Source: Sulfurihydrogenibium sp.
Lineage (GTDB): Bacteria > Aquificota > Aquificia > Aquificales > Hydrogenothermaceae
Direction: 5' to 3'
Length of the DNA stretch: 15,458 nt
NCBI GenBank assembly: GCA_037442825.1
Contig: JBBIPN010000029.1
Coordinates: 1-15,458 of the forward strand
The translations under genes and the position numbers were made by a program. Below the pieces are notes generated by a model, which saw only the letters and a list, made by a program, of their open reading frames with translations, made no database searches and was not told the origin of the DNA. Positions 8,850-15,458 of this stretch are shown one piece after another. Within the stretch, counting starts at the first letter, position 1. The number at the start of each line of letters is the position of its first letter.

Positions 8850-9974
8850 ATGGGAAATCTTGTTAGTAAATTTAAAGAGTTAGATCTTTTAGTTTATTCA
8901 GTTTCTATTTTTTTACTTGTATGGAGTGTTTTTAATATATATAGCGCATCTTATCATGAATATTCTAATCTTTATATAAAACAGATAATTTTTGCTAGTT
9001 TATCTTTTTTAATAATAACATTTATACCTTTTTCTCTAAATTACCATAAACTTTTAGATCTTTCTTTTTATATGTATGTTTTTACAGTATCACTCTTAAT
9101 AGCTGTAAAATTTTTTGGTAGCTCTATTTTAGGTGCAAAAAGATGGATTAATTTAGGTTTTTTCCAACTTCAACCCTCTGAAATTGCTAAGTTATCTCTA
9201 ATAGTCTTTACAGCTTATTTACTATCTCATATAAAATTTCCATTATCATTTAAAGATTTTCTTAAAATTATTGGATTCGGTCTGGTATATTTTGTTCTTA
9301 TTTATTCTCAACCAGATTTAGGAAGTGCATTACTTGTTTTATTACCTGTTATTATTATGATTTTTCTTGCTAAATTTAGCTTGAAATATATTATTAGTTT
9401 TTTATTAGGATTTATCTTAATAAGTCCTTTCCTTTGGCATCATTTAAAGGATTATCAAAAAAATAGAATAATAGCCTTTTTAAATCCTGAAATTGATCCA
9501 AAAGGTATAGCATATCACATTATACAATCTAAAATAGCTATTGGTTCTGGTATGCTGACAGGAAAAGGGTATCTACAAGGTTCACAATCAAAGTACTACT
9601 TTTTACCAGAACAGCATACAGACTTTATATTTGCAACGATCGGGGAAGAATGGGGATTTATAGTTTCTACATTTTTAATAACATTGTATTTTATTTTGAC
9701 GTTAAGAATTTTTTATATTGGTATGAAAGTAAATGAAATTGCTGGTAAATTTATATGTTATGGGGTAGCATCACTTATAGGTTTTCAAGCTTTTATTAAT
9801 ATTGCTATGAATCTTGGAATTGCTCCTGTTGTAGGTGTTCCTTTACCATTTTTAAGTTATGGTGGTACTGCTTTAATAATCTTTAGTTTTATGATTGCTT
9901 TGGTTTTGAATATAGATAGAATTAATAGGCAATCTAAATTTAAGTTTTATAGTAGTGAGGTATCTAATTATTGA
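8850..9974 (+). CDS. rodA: Rod shape-determining SEDS glycosyltransferase RodA
   Basis: GAKRWI, QPSEIAK, QPDLGS, YQKNRI, PEQHTDFIF, GEEWG, GVPLPFLSYGG; follows mrdA. Confidence 0.97.
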   Translation: MGNLVSKFKELDLLVYSVSIFLLVWSVFNIYSASYHEYSNLYIKQIIFASLSFLIITFIPFSLNYHKLLDLSFYMYVFTVSLLIAVKFFGSSILGAKRWINLGFFQLQPSEIAKLSLIVFTAYLLSHIKFPLSFKDFLKIIGFGLVYFVLIYSQPDLGSALLVLLPVIIMIFLAKFSLKYIISFLLGFILISPFLWHHLKDYQKNRIIAFLNPEIDPKGIAYHIIQSKIAIGSGMLTGKGYLQGSQSKYYFLPEQHTDFIFATIGEEWGFIVSTFLITLYFILTLRIFYIGMKVNEIAGKFICYGVASLIGFQAFINIAMNLGIAPVVGVPLPFLSYGGTALIIFSFMIALVLNIDRINRQSKFKFYSSEVSNY

Positions 9975-10648
9975 TAGATCTAAATGAGTTAGAAAAAATA
10001 CAGATAGAGTTATCTAAGCAGATTTCATTAAAAGATAAAATAGATGTTAAATATATAAGATATGTTGCTGGAGTTGATACAACGTTTTTAAATCCTTACG
10101 AAAATCCTACTAAAGCTCTATCCTGTATTACCGTTGTAGATATAAAAAATTTTGATGTAGTAGAAACTGTTTATGGAGAAAAAGAAATAGATTTTCCATA
10201 TATCCCAACATTTTTAGCTTTTAGAGAATTACCTTCTATTATGGAAGCTTATAAGAAATTAACATCTACGGTTGATATTTTTATAATAGATGGTCAAGGT
10301 ATACTTCACCCAAGAAAAATGGGGATAGCTTCTCACTTTGGTGTTATCACTCAAACTGTTTCGATAGGTTGTGGAAAATCTCATCTTTATGGCTACTATA
10401 AAGAACCAGAAAATAAAGATATGGCTTTTGATTATATTTATGGTAAAAATGATAAAAAACTTGGATATGTTTTACGAGTAAAGAAAAACACAAAACCTAT
10501 ATTTATATCGCCAGGCAACAACATATCAATAGAAAGTTCTCTCTATGTTATAATAAAATCTATAAATAAGTATAAACTTCCTATTCCAGTTAAATATGCT
10601 CATAATAATCTATCAAAACTTAGAAAAAAATTGATTGACGGAGGATAG
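9971..10648 (+). CDS. nfi: Endonuclease V (deoxyinosine 3' endonuclease)
   Basis: VAGVD, FPYIPTFLAFRE wedge motif, DGQGILHPRKMGIASH, IGCGKS, PIFISPG, LPIP..AH. Confidence 0.96.
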   Translation: MIDLNELEKIQIELSKQISLKDKIDVKYIRYVAGVDTTFLNPYENPTKALSCITVVDIKNFDVVETVYGEKEIDFPYIPTFLAFRELPSIMEAYKKLTSTVDIFIIDGQGILHPRKMGIASHFGVITQTVSIGCGKSHLYGYYKEPENKDMAFDYIYGKNDKKLGYVLRVKKNTKPIFISPGNNISIESSLYVIIKSINKYKLPIPVKYAHNNLSKLRKKLIDGG

Positions 10649-10649
10649 T

Positions 10650-11033
10650 ATGGCTGAGGAAAAAAAGGCAATTATTGAACTTACAGATAATAAATTTTTA
10701 GGTAAAATGGAAAACAAAGATTTCGTTTTAAATTTAACAGAGACTACCTTTAACGCAACAGACTTAATGCTTTTATCAATAGGATACTGCTTTGGTATAA
10801 CTGTAGATGCTTATGCAAAACATAAAGGGTTAAATATATCTAATTTAAAAATAAACGTAAAAGGAAAAAAACATGATTCCGAAAATAGATATGAAAAAAT
10901 TGAAATTGAACTTTCTTTTGATGGAGATTTAACACCAGAACAAAGAGAAAGGGTAATTGTTATTGGGAAGAGAGGTTGTACAGTAAGTAATTCAATGCTA
11001 AAATCTCCAGAAATTAATGTTATTCTTAAGTAA
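10650..11033 (+). CDS. OsmC/Ohr-family (YhfA-like) protein
   Basis: Two conserved Cys (LSIGYCFG and KRGCTVSNS). Start moved from the ORF track's 10635 to ATG 10650, which has GGAGG at 10640-10644. Confidence 0.88.
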   Translation: MAEEKKAIIELTDNKFLGKMENKDFVLNLTETTFNATDLMLLSIGYCFGITVDAYAKHKGLNISNLKINVKGKKHDSENRYEKIEIELSFDGDLTPEQRERVIVIGKRGCTVSNSMLKSPEINVILK

Positions 11034-11044
11034 GGAGTAGAACA

Positions 11045-11287
11045 ATGGAAGCTGTTTTTTTAGGAATTATAGCCTTTTCAATGTTATTTATAGCGATTTT
11101 TGCTTTAGTGAGAACTATTGTTTTTGTTATTGTAATGCTGAAGTTGAAAAATTTTCTTGAAGAAGTAAGATTAGATTACTATAAAAACATTTCACCAAAA
11201 ATTGTTGATCTTTTAGACAGTTTTAAGAATTTATCGATTTTATTTAAAGTTTTTAGTTTTTTTAGGAGAAAAAATGAGAAAAAATAG
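11045..11287 (+). CDS. Small membrane protein, DUF948/YtxG-like
   Basis: AAGGAG RBS, long N-terminal hydrophobic helix, amphipathic tail, position before YtxH-like genes. Family call is from architecture and synteny only. Confidence 0.7.
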   Translation: MEAVFLGIIAFSMLFIAIFALVRTIVFVIVMLKLKNFLEEVRLDYYKNISPKIVDLLDSFKNLSILFKVFSFFRRKNEKK

Positions 11288-11564
11288 CTTATATTTTTAT
11301 TATTTATATTTTTAGTTGGTTTTATTGCCGGATTTGTACTAAGTTTAAAAAGAAAACTTATATTAGAGAAAATTAAAGATATAGAAAATAAGGTTAAAAG
11401 TTCAGATTTATCAGATAGATTAAAAGAAAGTTTTCAAAAGATATTAGATATTATGAATAGTTTACTAGAAGATAAAACCAATGTTGCAAAAGAAAATGAA
11501 GAGCATATACTTAATATTGTATGGAGAAAAGATAAAGAGATTAGAAAAAATAATTAAATCATAG
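11274..11564 (+). pseudogene. Frameshifted YtxH-like paralog of the next gene (pseudogene or sequencing indels)
   Basis: AGGAG at 11264-11268 and ATG 11274 (MRKNSL). The body reads in another frame (LIFLLFIFLVGFIAGFVLSLKRKLILEKIKDIENKVKSSDLSDRLKES...HILNIV) and returns to the start frame for EKIKRLEKIIKS* (TAG 11562-11564). It aligns by eye end to end with 11575..11868. Confidence 0.8.
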
Positions 11565-11574
11565 GAGGAAAAAG

Positions 11575-11868
11575 ATGAGAAAATCTACTTTATTATTAGC
11601 TATCAGTTCTGTTGTGGGAGCTGTAGGAGCTTATTTTGCTTATAAAAGAAAAGATGAGATTTTAGCAAAACTATCTGAAGTTCAAGAAACATTAAAAGAA
11701 GCAGAACTAACGGAAAAAGCAAAAAATGCTTTAAATGAAGCAATAGAAAAACTATCTTCTTTTGTTAAAAAGAGTGAACATTTGACAGAAGAAGAAAAGG
11801 CTAAAGAAATCCAAGAATTAGAAGAAAAAGTTAAAAAGTTAGAAGAAGTGGTAAAAACTGAAGGATAA
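11575..11868 (+). CDS. YtxH-like membrane-anchored coiled-coil protein
   Basis: AGGAGG RBS at 11563-11568, VVGAVGAYFA anchor followed by KRK and a Lys/Glu-rich helix; adjacent to a YihY-family gene. Confidence 0.8.
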   Translation: MRKSTLLLAISSVVGAVGAYFAYKRKDEILAKLSEVQETLKEAELTEKAKNALNEAIEKLSSFVKKSEHLTEEEKAKEIQELEEKVKKLEEVVKTEG

Positions 11869-12754
11869 AAAAAGGTATTTAAGAGAAGGTTTAAACCTTC
11901 TCCTTATTTTTTTCTATTGCATAAGGGACTATTTTAAATATAACTATGGTTATCATTCTTCTGCTTTAACTTTCTATTTTCTGATGGCTTTATTCCCAAT
12001 ATTAGTTTTTATCATTTCTGTAGTTTCTATATTTTCTTTTTTAAGTATATCGGAAGTTTATTATGTTTTGTATAAGTTGTTTCCAAGTATTGCAGATAAA
12101 GTTTTAGATTTAATAATGAATACTGCCCATTCAAAAATTTTGGCTGGTTCATTGTTGATAAATATAATTTTATCTTTTTATTTCTCTAAAGATTTATTTA
12201 TTGCTTTATCCTATTCATTTTGGTTTATATTTGAAAGTAAAGAGATGGAATCTAAAAAGGTTTTACTAATATCAATATTTTCTTTACCTTTTCTTGTTTT
12301 TGCTATTATTTTAATTTATATTTTAAAGCTAATTATCAACTTTTTAATTTTTAATGTAGAAAAGTTTCATTCTTTCGAAATAAAGTCTTTAGATAGTATC
12401 ATTTATTTTATTAATAGTATTATTCAAAAGTTAGACTTAATATTTGAAATTTTAAATATATCTGAATATTTTATAATTTGCTTCTTTGTTTGGTTGATAT
12501 ATTATAACTTTACACCTTTGAAAAATAAAAAATTAATAAAAGAAAAGGTGTTTTTCATCTCTATTTTTGTTGCTTTAGTTATATTTGTTTTAAAAATTGC
12601 TTTTACAAATTTTATAAAAAATTTTTTTATCATAAATCCACTTTATTTAATTTTTGGTTCTCTATTTTTTATTATTATTTGGATAAAAATATGTTTTGAT
12701 ATTTTATTGATTGGAGAGAGGTTTTTATTTTATCTGGTTAAAAAGCAGGGATAA
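11858..12754 (+). CDS. YihY/virulence factor BrkB family inner-membrane protein (start uncertain)
   Basis: YHSSALTFYFLMALFP near the N-terminus and LYLIFGSL..IIIWI...ILLIG at the C-terminus are YihY signatures. The frame is open upstream of ATG 11984 back to TAA 11852. CTG 11858 is a candidate start. Confidence 0.8.
   Translation: MKDKKRYLREGLNLLLIFFYCIRDYFKYNYGYHSSALTFYFLMALFPILVFIISVVSIFSFLSISEVYYVLYKLFPSIADKVLDLIMNTAHSKILAGSLLINIILSFYFSKDLFIALSYSFWFIFESKEMESKKVLLISIFSLPFLVFAIILIYILKLIINFLIFNVEKFHSFEIKSLDSIIYFINSIIQKLDLIFEILNISEYFIICFFVWLIYYNFTPLKNKKLIKEKVFFISIFVALVIFVLKIAFTNFIKNFFIINPLYLIFGSLFFIIIWIKICFDILLIGERFLFYLVKKQG
11883..11913 (+). terminator. Probable intrinsic terminator after the YtxH-like gene
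   Basis: Perfect 20-bp inverted repeat GAGAAGGTTT/AAACCTTCTC (11883-11902) followed by CTTATTTTTTT. Confidence 0.7.
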
Positions 12755-12768
12755 ACCCTGCTTTGTAT
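12737..12768. terminator. Probable bidirectional intrinsic terminator between convergent yihY and mat
   Basis: AAAGCAGGG-ATAAA-CCCTGCTTT (12742-12764) with A-tract and T-tract flanks. The yihY stop codon lies in the loop. Confidence 0.85.
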
Positions 12769-12771
12769 TAT

Positions 12772-13974
12772 TTAGTATAATCTAAAGTGTCTATTTAAGA
12801 ATTTCTGCCATGTAGAAGGTAATTTATCTATCTCTTCCTGTGCTATCTTCATAACTTTTTCTTTGATTTTATTGATATCACCGTTAACTCTTAATTTAAC
12901 ATCACATACTTGTGGTTCTGTAATAGGTTTTCCTATTTGACTTACAAGATAACAGTAAGCTTCTTCAACTTCTTCTATTTCAGTAACAATTCTTTCCGCC
13001 ATATCTGTTGCTGCTGTATTGTATATTTTTCCAATATGAGAAACTGGGTTCTTACCTGCTGCTGCTTCTAAACTCATTGGTCTGTAAGGTGTGATAAGAC
13101 CGTTAACTCTATTACCTCTTCCAACTTGTCCATCGTCTCCAGCTTCTGCAGATGTGCCTGTAACTGTTATGTAAACAGATTCATTTTTGATATCATCAGC
13201 AGTGTTTATAAAAATATCTACTTTTTTTGTTGTAAGTTTCTGAGCTACAGAATAAGCATAATTTGTTACTATCTCTTTCTTCTCTACATAATCTTTTATA
13301 TTATCTACATATTTATCAACAAAAGCCATAGCTATTGTGATTCTAATATTATCTTTATTCCTAACACCCATTATCTTTATATCTTCACCAACATATGGAT
13401 GATCTTTTTTAAAATCTTTACTGTTTAGAGCTCTTTCAAGTTCATAAACAATAGTTTCTATATCAGAGAAAGGAGCAAATCCTACACCAAAAGAAGTATC
13501 ATTTGCTAAAGGAATTTCTCCTTTTAGTTGAAATCTTTCAAAAAGTTCAACTAAATCTTTACTTCCAGGTTTTAACTTTGGATAAATAATTACGTGATTA
13601 GCTATATCTAAGTTAGGAATGCTTTCTCTTAACCATTTATGGGCTGTTTCTATTGCTAATTCTTTTACCGGTAATTTTTTGTTTCCTTTTTCATCAATAG
13701 CTCTTCCTGTTAAGTATATCTCTATCGGTTCTATTATCTTTCCACCTTTAAATTGTGGATCTGCAACGCCACCTATAAGTAAAGCTTTATCAACGTTATG
13801 GTGCATTATAGCACCAAATTCTTCTCTATAAAGGTTAGAAAGTGCTATAGATAATTCCTCAGCAAGAGCATCACAGATTGTATCTGGATGACCTGTTCCT
13901 TTCCTTTCAACTATTTCTATTGGTTGATTCGATATTCTTTCAAAATCTAATAATCCAACATTTATGTTTGCCAA
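12772..13974 (-). CDS. mat: S-adenosylmethionine synthetase, archaeal type (AdoMet_Synthase family)
   Basis: EIVERKGTGHPDTICD, HHNVDK, ANDTSFGVG, GEDIKIMG, GTSAEAGDDGQVGRGNR, EAAAGKNPVSHIGKIYN are archaeal-type MAT motifs, not MetK motifs. TTG start with GGAGG RBS (13985-13981). Confidence 0.96.
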   Translation of the reverse strand: MANINVGLLDFERISNQPIEIVERKGTGHPDTICDALAEELSIALSNLYREEFGAIMHHNVDKALLIGGVADPQFKGGKIIEPIEIYLTGRAIDEKGNKKLPVKELAIETAHKWLRESIPNLDIANHVIIYPKLKPGSKDLVELFERFQLKGEIPLANDTSFGVGFAPFSDIETIVYELERALNSKDFKKDHPYVGEDIKIMGVRNKDNIRITIAMAFVDKYVDNIKDYVEKKEIVTNYAYSVAQKLTTKKVDIFINTADDIKNESVYITVTGTSAEAGDDGQVGRGNRVNGLITPYRPMSLEAAAGKNPVSHIGKIYNTAATDMAERIVTEIEEVEEAYCYLVSQIGKPITEPQVCDVKLRVNGDINKIKEKVMKIAQEEIDKLPSTWQKFLNRHFRLY

Positions 13975-13998
13975 TTTATACCTCCAAAAATTGTTTTG

Positions 13999-14035
13999 AT
14001 TATATTAGATTATCATAATTATCTAGCAGTTGCAA
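13999..14035 (-). promoter_or_regulatory. Candidate sigma70 promoter(s) for mat
   Basis: Minus strand: TTGCAA (14035-14030), 17 nt, TAATCT (14012-14007) preceded by TG. An alternative perfect TATAAT lies at 14004-13999. Confidence 0.45.
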
Positions 14036-14058
14036 ATTTTTTATTTACATATTAAAAT
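14030..14058 (+). promoter_or_regulatory. Sigma70 promoter for rpsT-tRNA-tilS
   Basis: TTGCAA (14030-14035), 17-nt spacer, TAAAAT (14053-14058); GGAGG RBS at 14082-14086. Confidence 0.65.
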
Positions 14059-14091
14059 ATATAGTCTAATTTAATAATACTGGAGGAATAA

Positions 14092-14385
14092 ATGGCAAAA
14101 GCAACATTATCACCTGAGAAACAAAAGCATAAAAGAAGAGTTAAAAAGAATGTAAGAGTAGCTGAAAGAAGAAGATTAGAAAATAGATATCATATCTCAA
14201 GAATGAAAACAGCTCTTAAAAAGTTTTATTCTGTATTAAAGAAAGAAGGACCAGAAGCTGCTGAAAAACTTTTACCATTATGCCAAAAGTTAGCATATAG
14301 AGCAGCAGCAAAAGGTGCTATTCATAAAAATGAAGCAGCAAGAATGGTTTCAAGAGCTGCAAGAAGATTAAAAACAGTTGCATAA
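14092..14385 (+). CDS. rpsT: 30S ribosomal protein S20
   Basis: Basic 97-aa protein with RRLENR..SRMKTALKK and AAAKGAIHKNEAARMVSR. Confidence 0.95.
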   Translation: MAKATLSPEKQKHKRRVKKNVRVAERRRLENRYHISRMKTALKKFYSVLKKEGPEAAEKLLPLCQKLAYRAAAKGAIHKNEAARMVSRAARRLKTVA

Positions 14386-14423
14386 TTAAAATTTTTATAT
14401 AAAATATTTTAATAAAATTTTAT

Positions 14424-14497
14424 GGCGGTATAGCTCAGTTGGTTAGAGCACACGGCTCATATCCGTGGTGTCCGGGGTTCGAATCCCTGTACCGCCA
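14424..14497 (+). tRNA. tRNA with CAT anticodon, most likely elongator tRNA-Met; 3' CCA not encoded
   Basis: Full cloverleaf: acceptor GGCGGTA/TACCGCC, D stem GCTC/GAGC, anticodon stem CACGG/CCGTG with loop CT-CAT-AT, T arm CGGGG-TTCGAAT-CCCTG, discriminator A14497 followed by CTT. The G1-C72 pair excludes initiator tRNA. Confidence 0.95.
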
Positions 14498-14505
14498 CTT
14501 TAATA

Positions 14506-15458
14506 ATGATTGAGAAAAAATTCTTAGAATCTGTAAAAAGATATCAACTAATAAATAAAAACGATACTATTCTTATAGCCTTTTCAGGTGGTCCAGATTC
14601 TTCTATTTTATTACATTTATTGGTAAAGTTTAAAGAGTATCTCCAAATAAATGATATCTATGTAGCTCACTTAAATCATAGTTTAAGGAAAGAATCAGAT
14701 AAAGATGAACTTTTTTGTAAAAAATTAACTGATAGATACAACTTAAAATTTTTTAGTAAAAAAGTTGATATTAATTCAGTTTCAAAAGAAAACAAATTAT
14801 CAGTGGAAGAAGCAGGAAGAATAGAAAGATATAAATTTTTCAATGAATTGATACAGAAGTATAAAATAGACAAGATAGCAACAGCTCATCATCTTTCTGA
14901 TCTAACTGAATCTATTGTTTTATGGTTTATCCAAGGAAATAAAAAAGGTTTAAAAGGTTTTAGACCAAAAGAAGGTAATATTATAAGGCCATTATATTTA
15001 ATACGTAAAGAAGAGATTCTAGATTACTGTCATAAAAATAATATTCCATACATTATAGATTTATCAAACTATTCTCCTATATATTTAAGGAATAAAGTAA
15101 GGTTAGATATAATTCCTAAATTGAAAGAGATTAATCCAAATCTTGAAAATTCTTTACTTATTCTCTCTCAGCTACAAAACTTTGATGAAAATTATTTAAA
15201 TGAAAAAAGTGAAGAAATATATCAAGATGTAATAGAAGGTAGTTTTTTAAATTTAGATAAAATAAATAATTTACCTAAACCTTTTATTTATAGAATTTTA
15301 ATTAAATGGGTTTATGAAAACACAGGTATATATCCATCTTACAGTCAAATTTTGTCTATACTTGATGTTTTAAATAAAAAAGGTGAAAAAGAGTTTAAAA
15401 TTAACAAAGATTATAAAATTATAAAAAGTTATGACAAACTGATTATAAGTAAAGTTAA
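14506..15458 (+). CDS. tilS: tRNA(Ile)-lysidine synthetase, 5' part (runs off the window; absent from the ORF track)
   Basis: Manual translation from ATG 14506: MIEKKFLESVKRYQLI...IAFSGGPDS (PP-loop), AHLNHSLR, EEAGRIERY, ATAHHLSD, IIRPL, DLSN, RNKVR. Confidence 0.96.
   Translation, partial: MIEKKFLESVKRYQLINKNDTILIAFSGGPDSSILLHLLVKFKEYLQINDIYVAHLNHSLRKESDKDELFCKKLTDRYNLKFFSKKVDINSVSKENKLSVEEAGRIERYKFFNELIQKYKIDKIATAHHLSDLTESIVLWFIQGNKKGLKGFRPKEGNIIRPLYLIRKEEILDYCHKNNIPYIIDLSNYSPIYLRNKVRLDIIPKLKEINPNLENSLLILSQLQNFDENYLNEKSEEIYQDVIEGSFLNLDKINNLPKPFIYRILIKWVYENTGIYPSYSQILSILDVLNKKGEKEFKINKDYKIIKSYDKLIISKV

Noticed and set aside
10635..10649. ORF-track start of the OsmC-family gene at TTG 10635
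   Set aside because: GGAGG at 10640-10644 points to ATG 10650.
13126..13831. Plus-strand ORFs 13126..13428 and 13619..13831
   Set aside because: Antisense to the well-conserved mat gene.
14386..14423. All-A/T spacer with short inverted repeats between rpsT and the tRNA
   Set aside because: No GC stem, so it is too weak for a terminator. Probably a processing spacer.
14676..14873. 65-aa minus-strand ORF
   Set aside because: Antisense shadow of tilS.
1..15458. CRISPR array, IS element, prophage, tRNA-targeted island, riboswitch or defence system
   Set aside because: By eye I found no spaced direct repeats, transposase or integrase motifs, duplicated tRNA 3' end, or structured leader. The cyclase is a housekeeping CdaA, not a CBASS-type enzyme.

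Overview
AT-rich bacterial core-genome window. Gene content suggests Aquificota, probably Hydrogenothermaceae-like; this is inferred from the archaeal-type SAM synthetase, the S20/TilS style and the remnant genes. The window opens with the 3' end of a 5S rRNA, followed by a ~370-bp minus-strand scar. The scar holds two decayed genes missed by the ORF track: an SCP2-like protein and a PAS/Fis-HTH sigma54-type activator that has lost its AAA+ core. A tightly packed plus-strand run follows: folP, cdaA, cdaR, thrS, mreB, mreC, mreD, mrdA, rodA, nfi, an OsmC-family gene, a DUF948-like gene, a doubly frameshifted YtxH-like paralog, an intact YtxH-like gene and a YihY-family gene. A convergent archaeal-type mat gene comes next, then a divergent rpsT, tRNA(CAT) and tilS (truncated by the window edge). 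I found no mobile element, CRISPR array or defence system, and I cannot support a wholly new biological system here. The most notable items are the hidden gene remnants, the compensating frameshift pair, a terminator inside the yihY 5' coding region with no canonical start codon, and the tRNA(CAT)-tilS junction.
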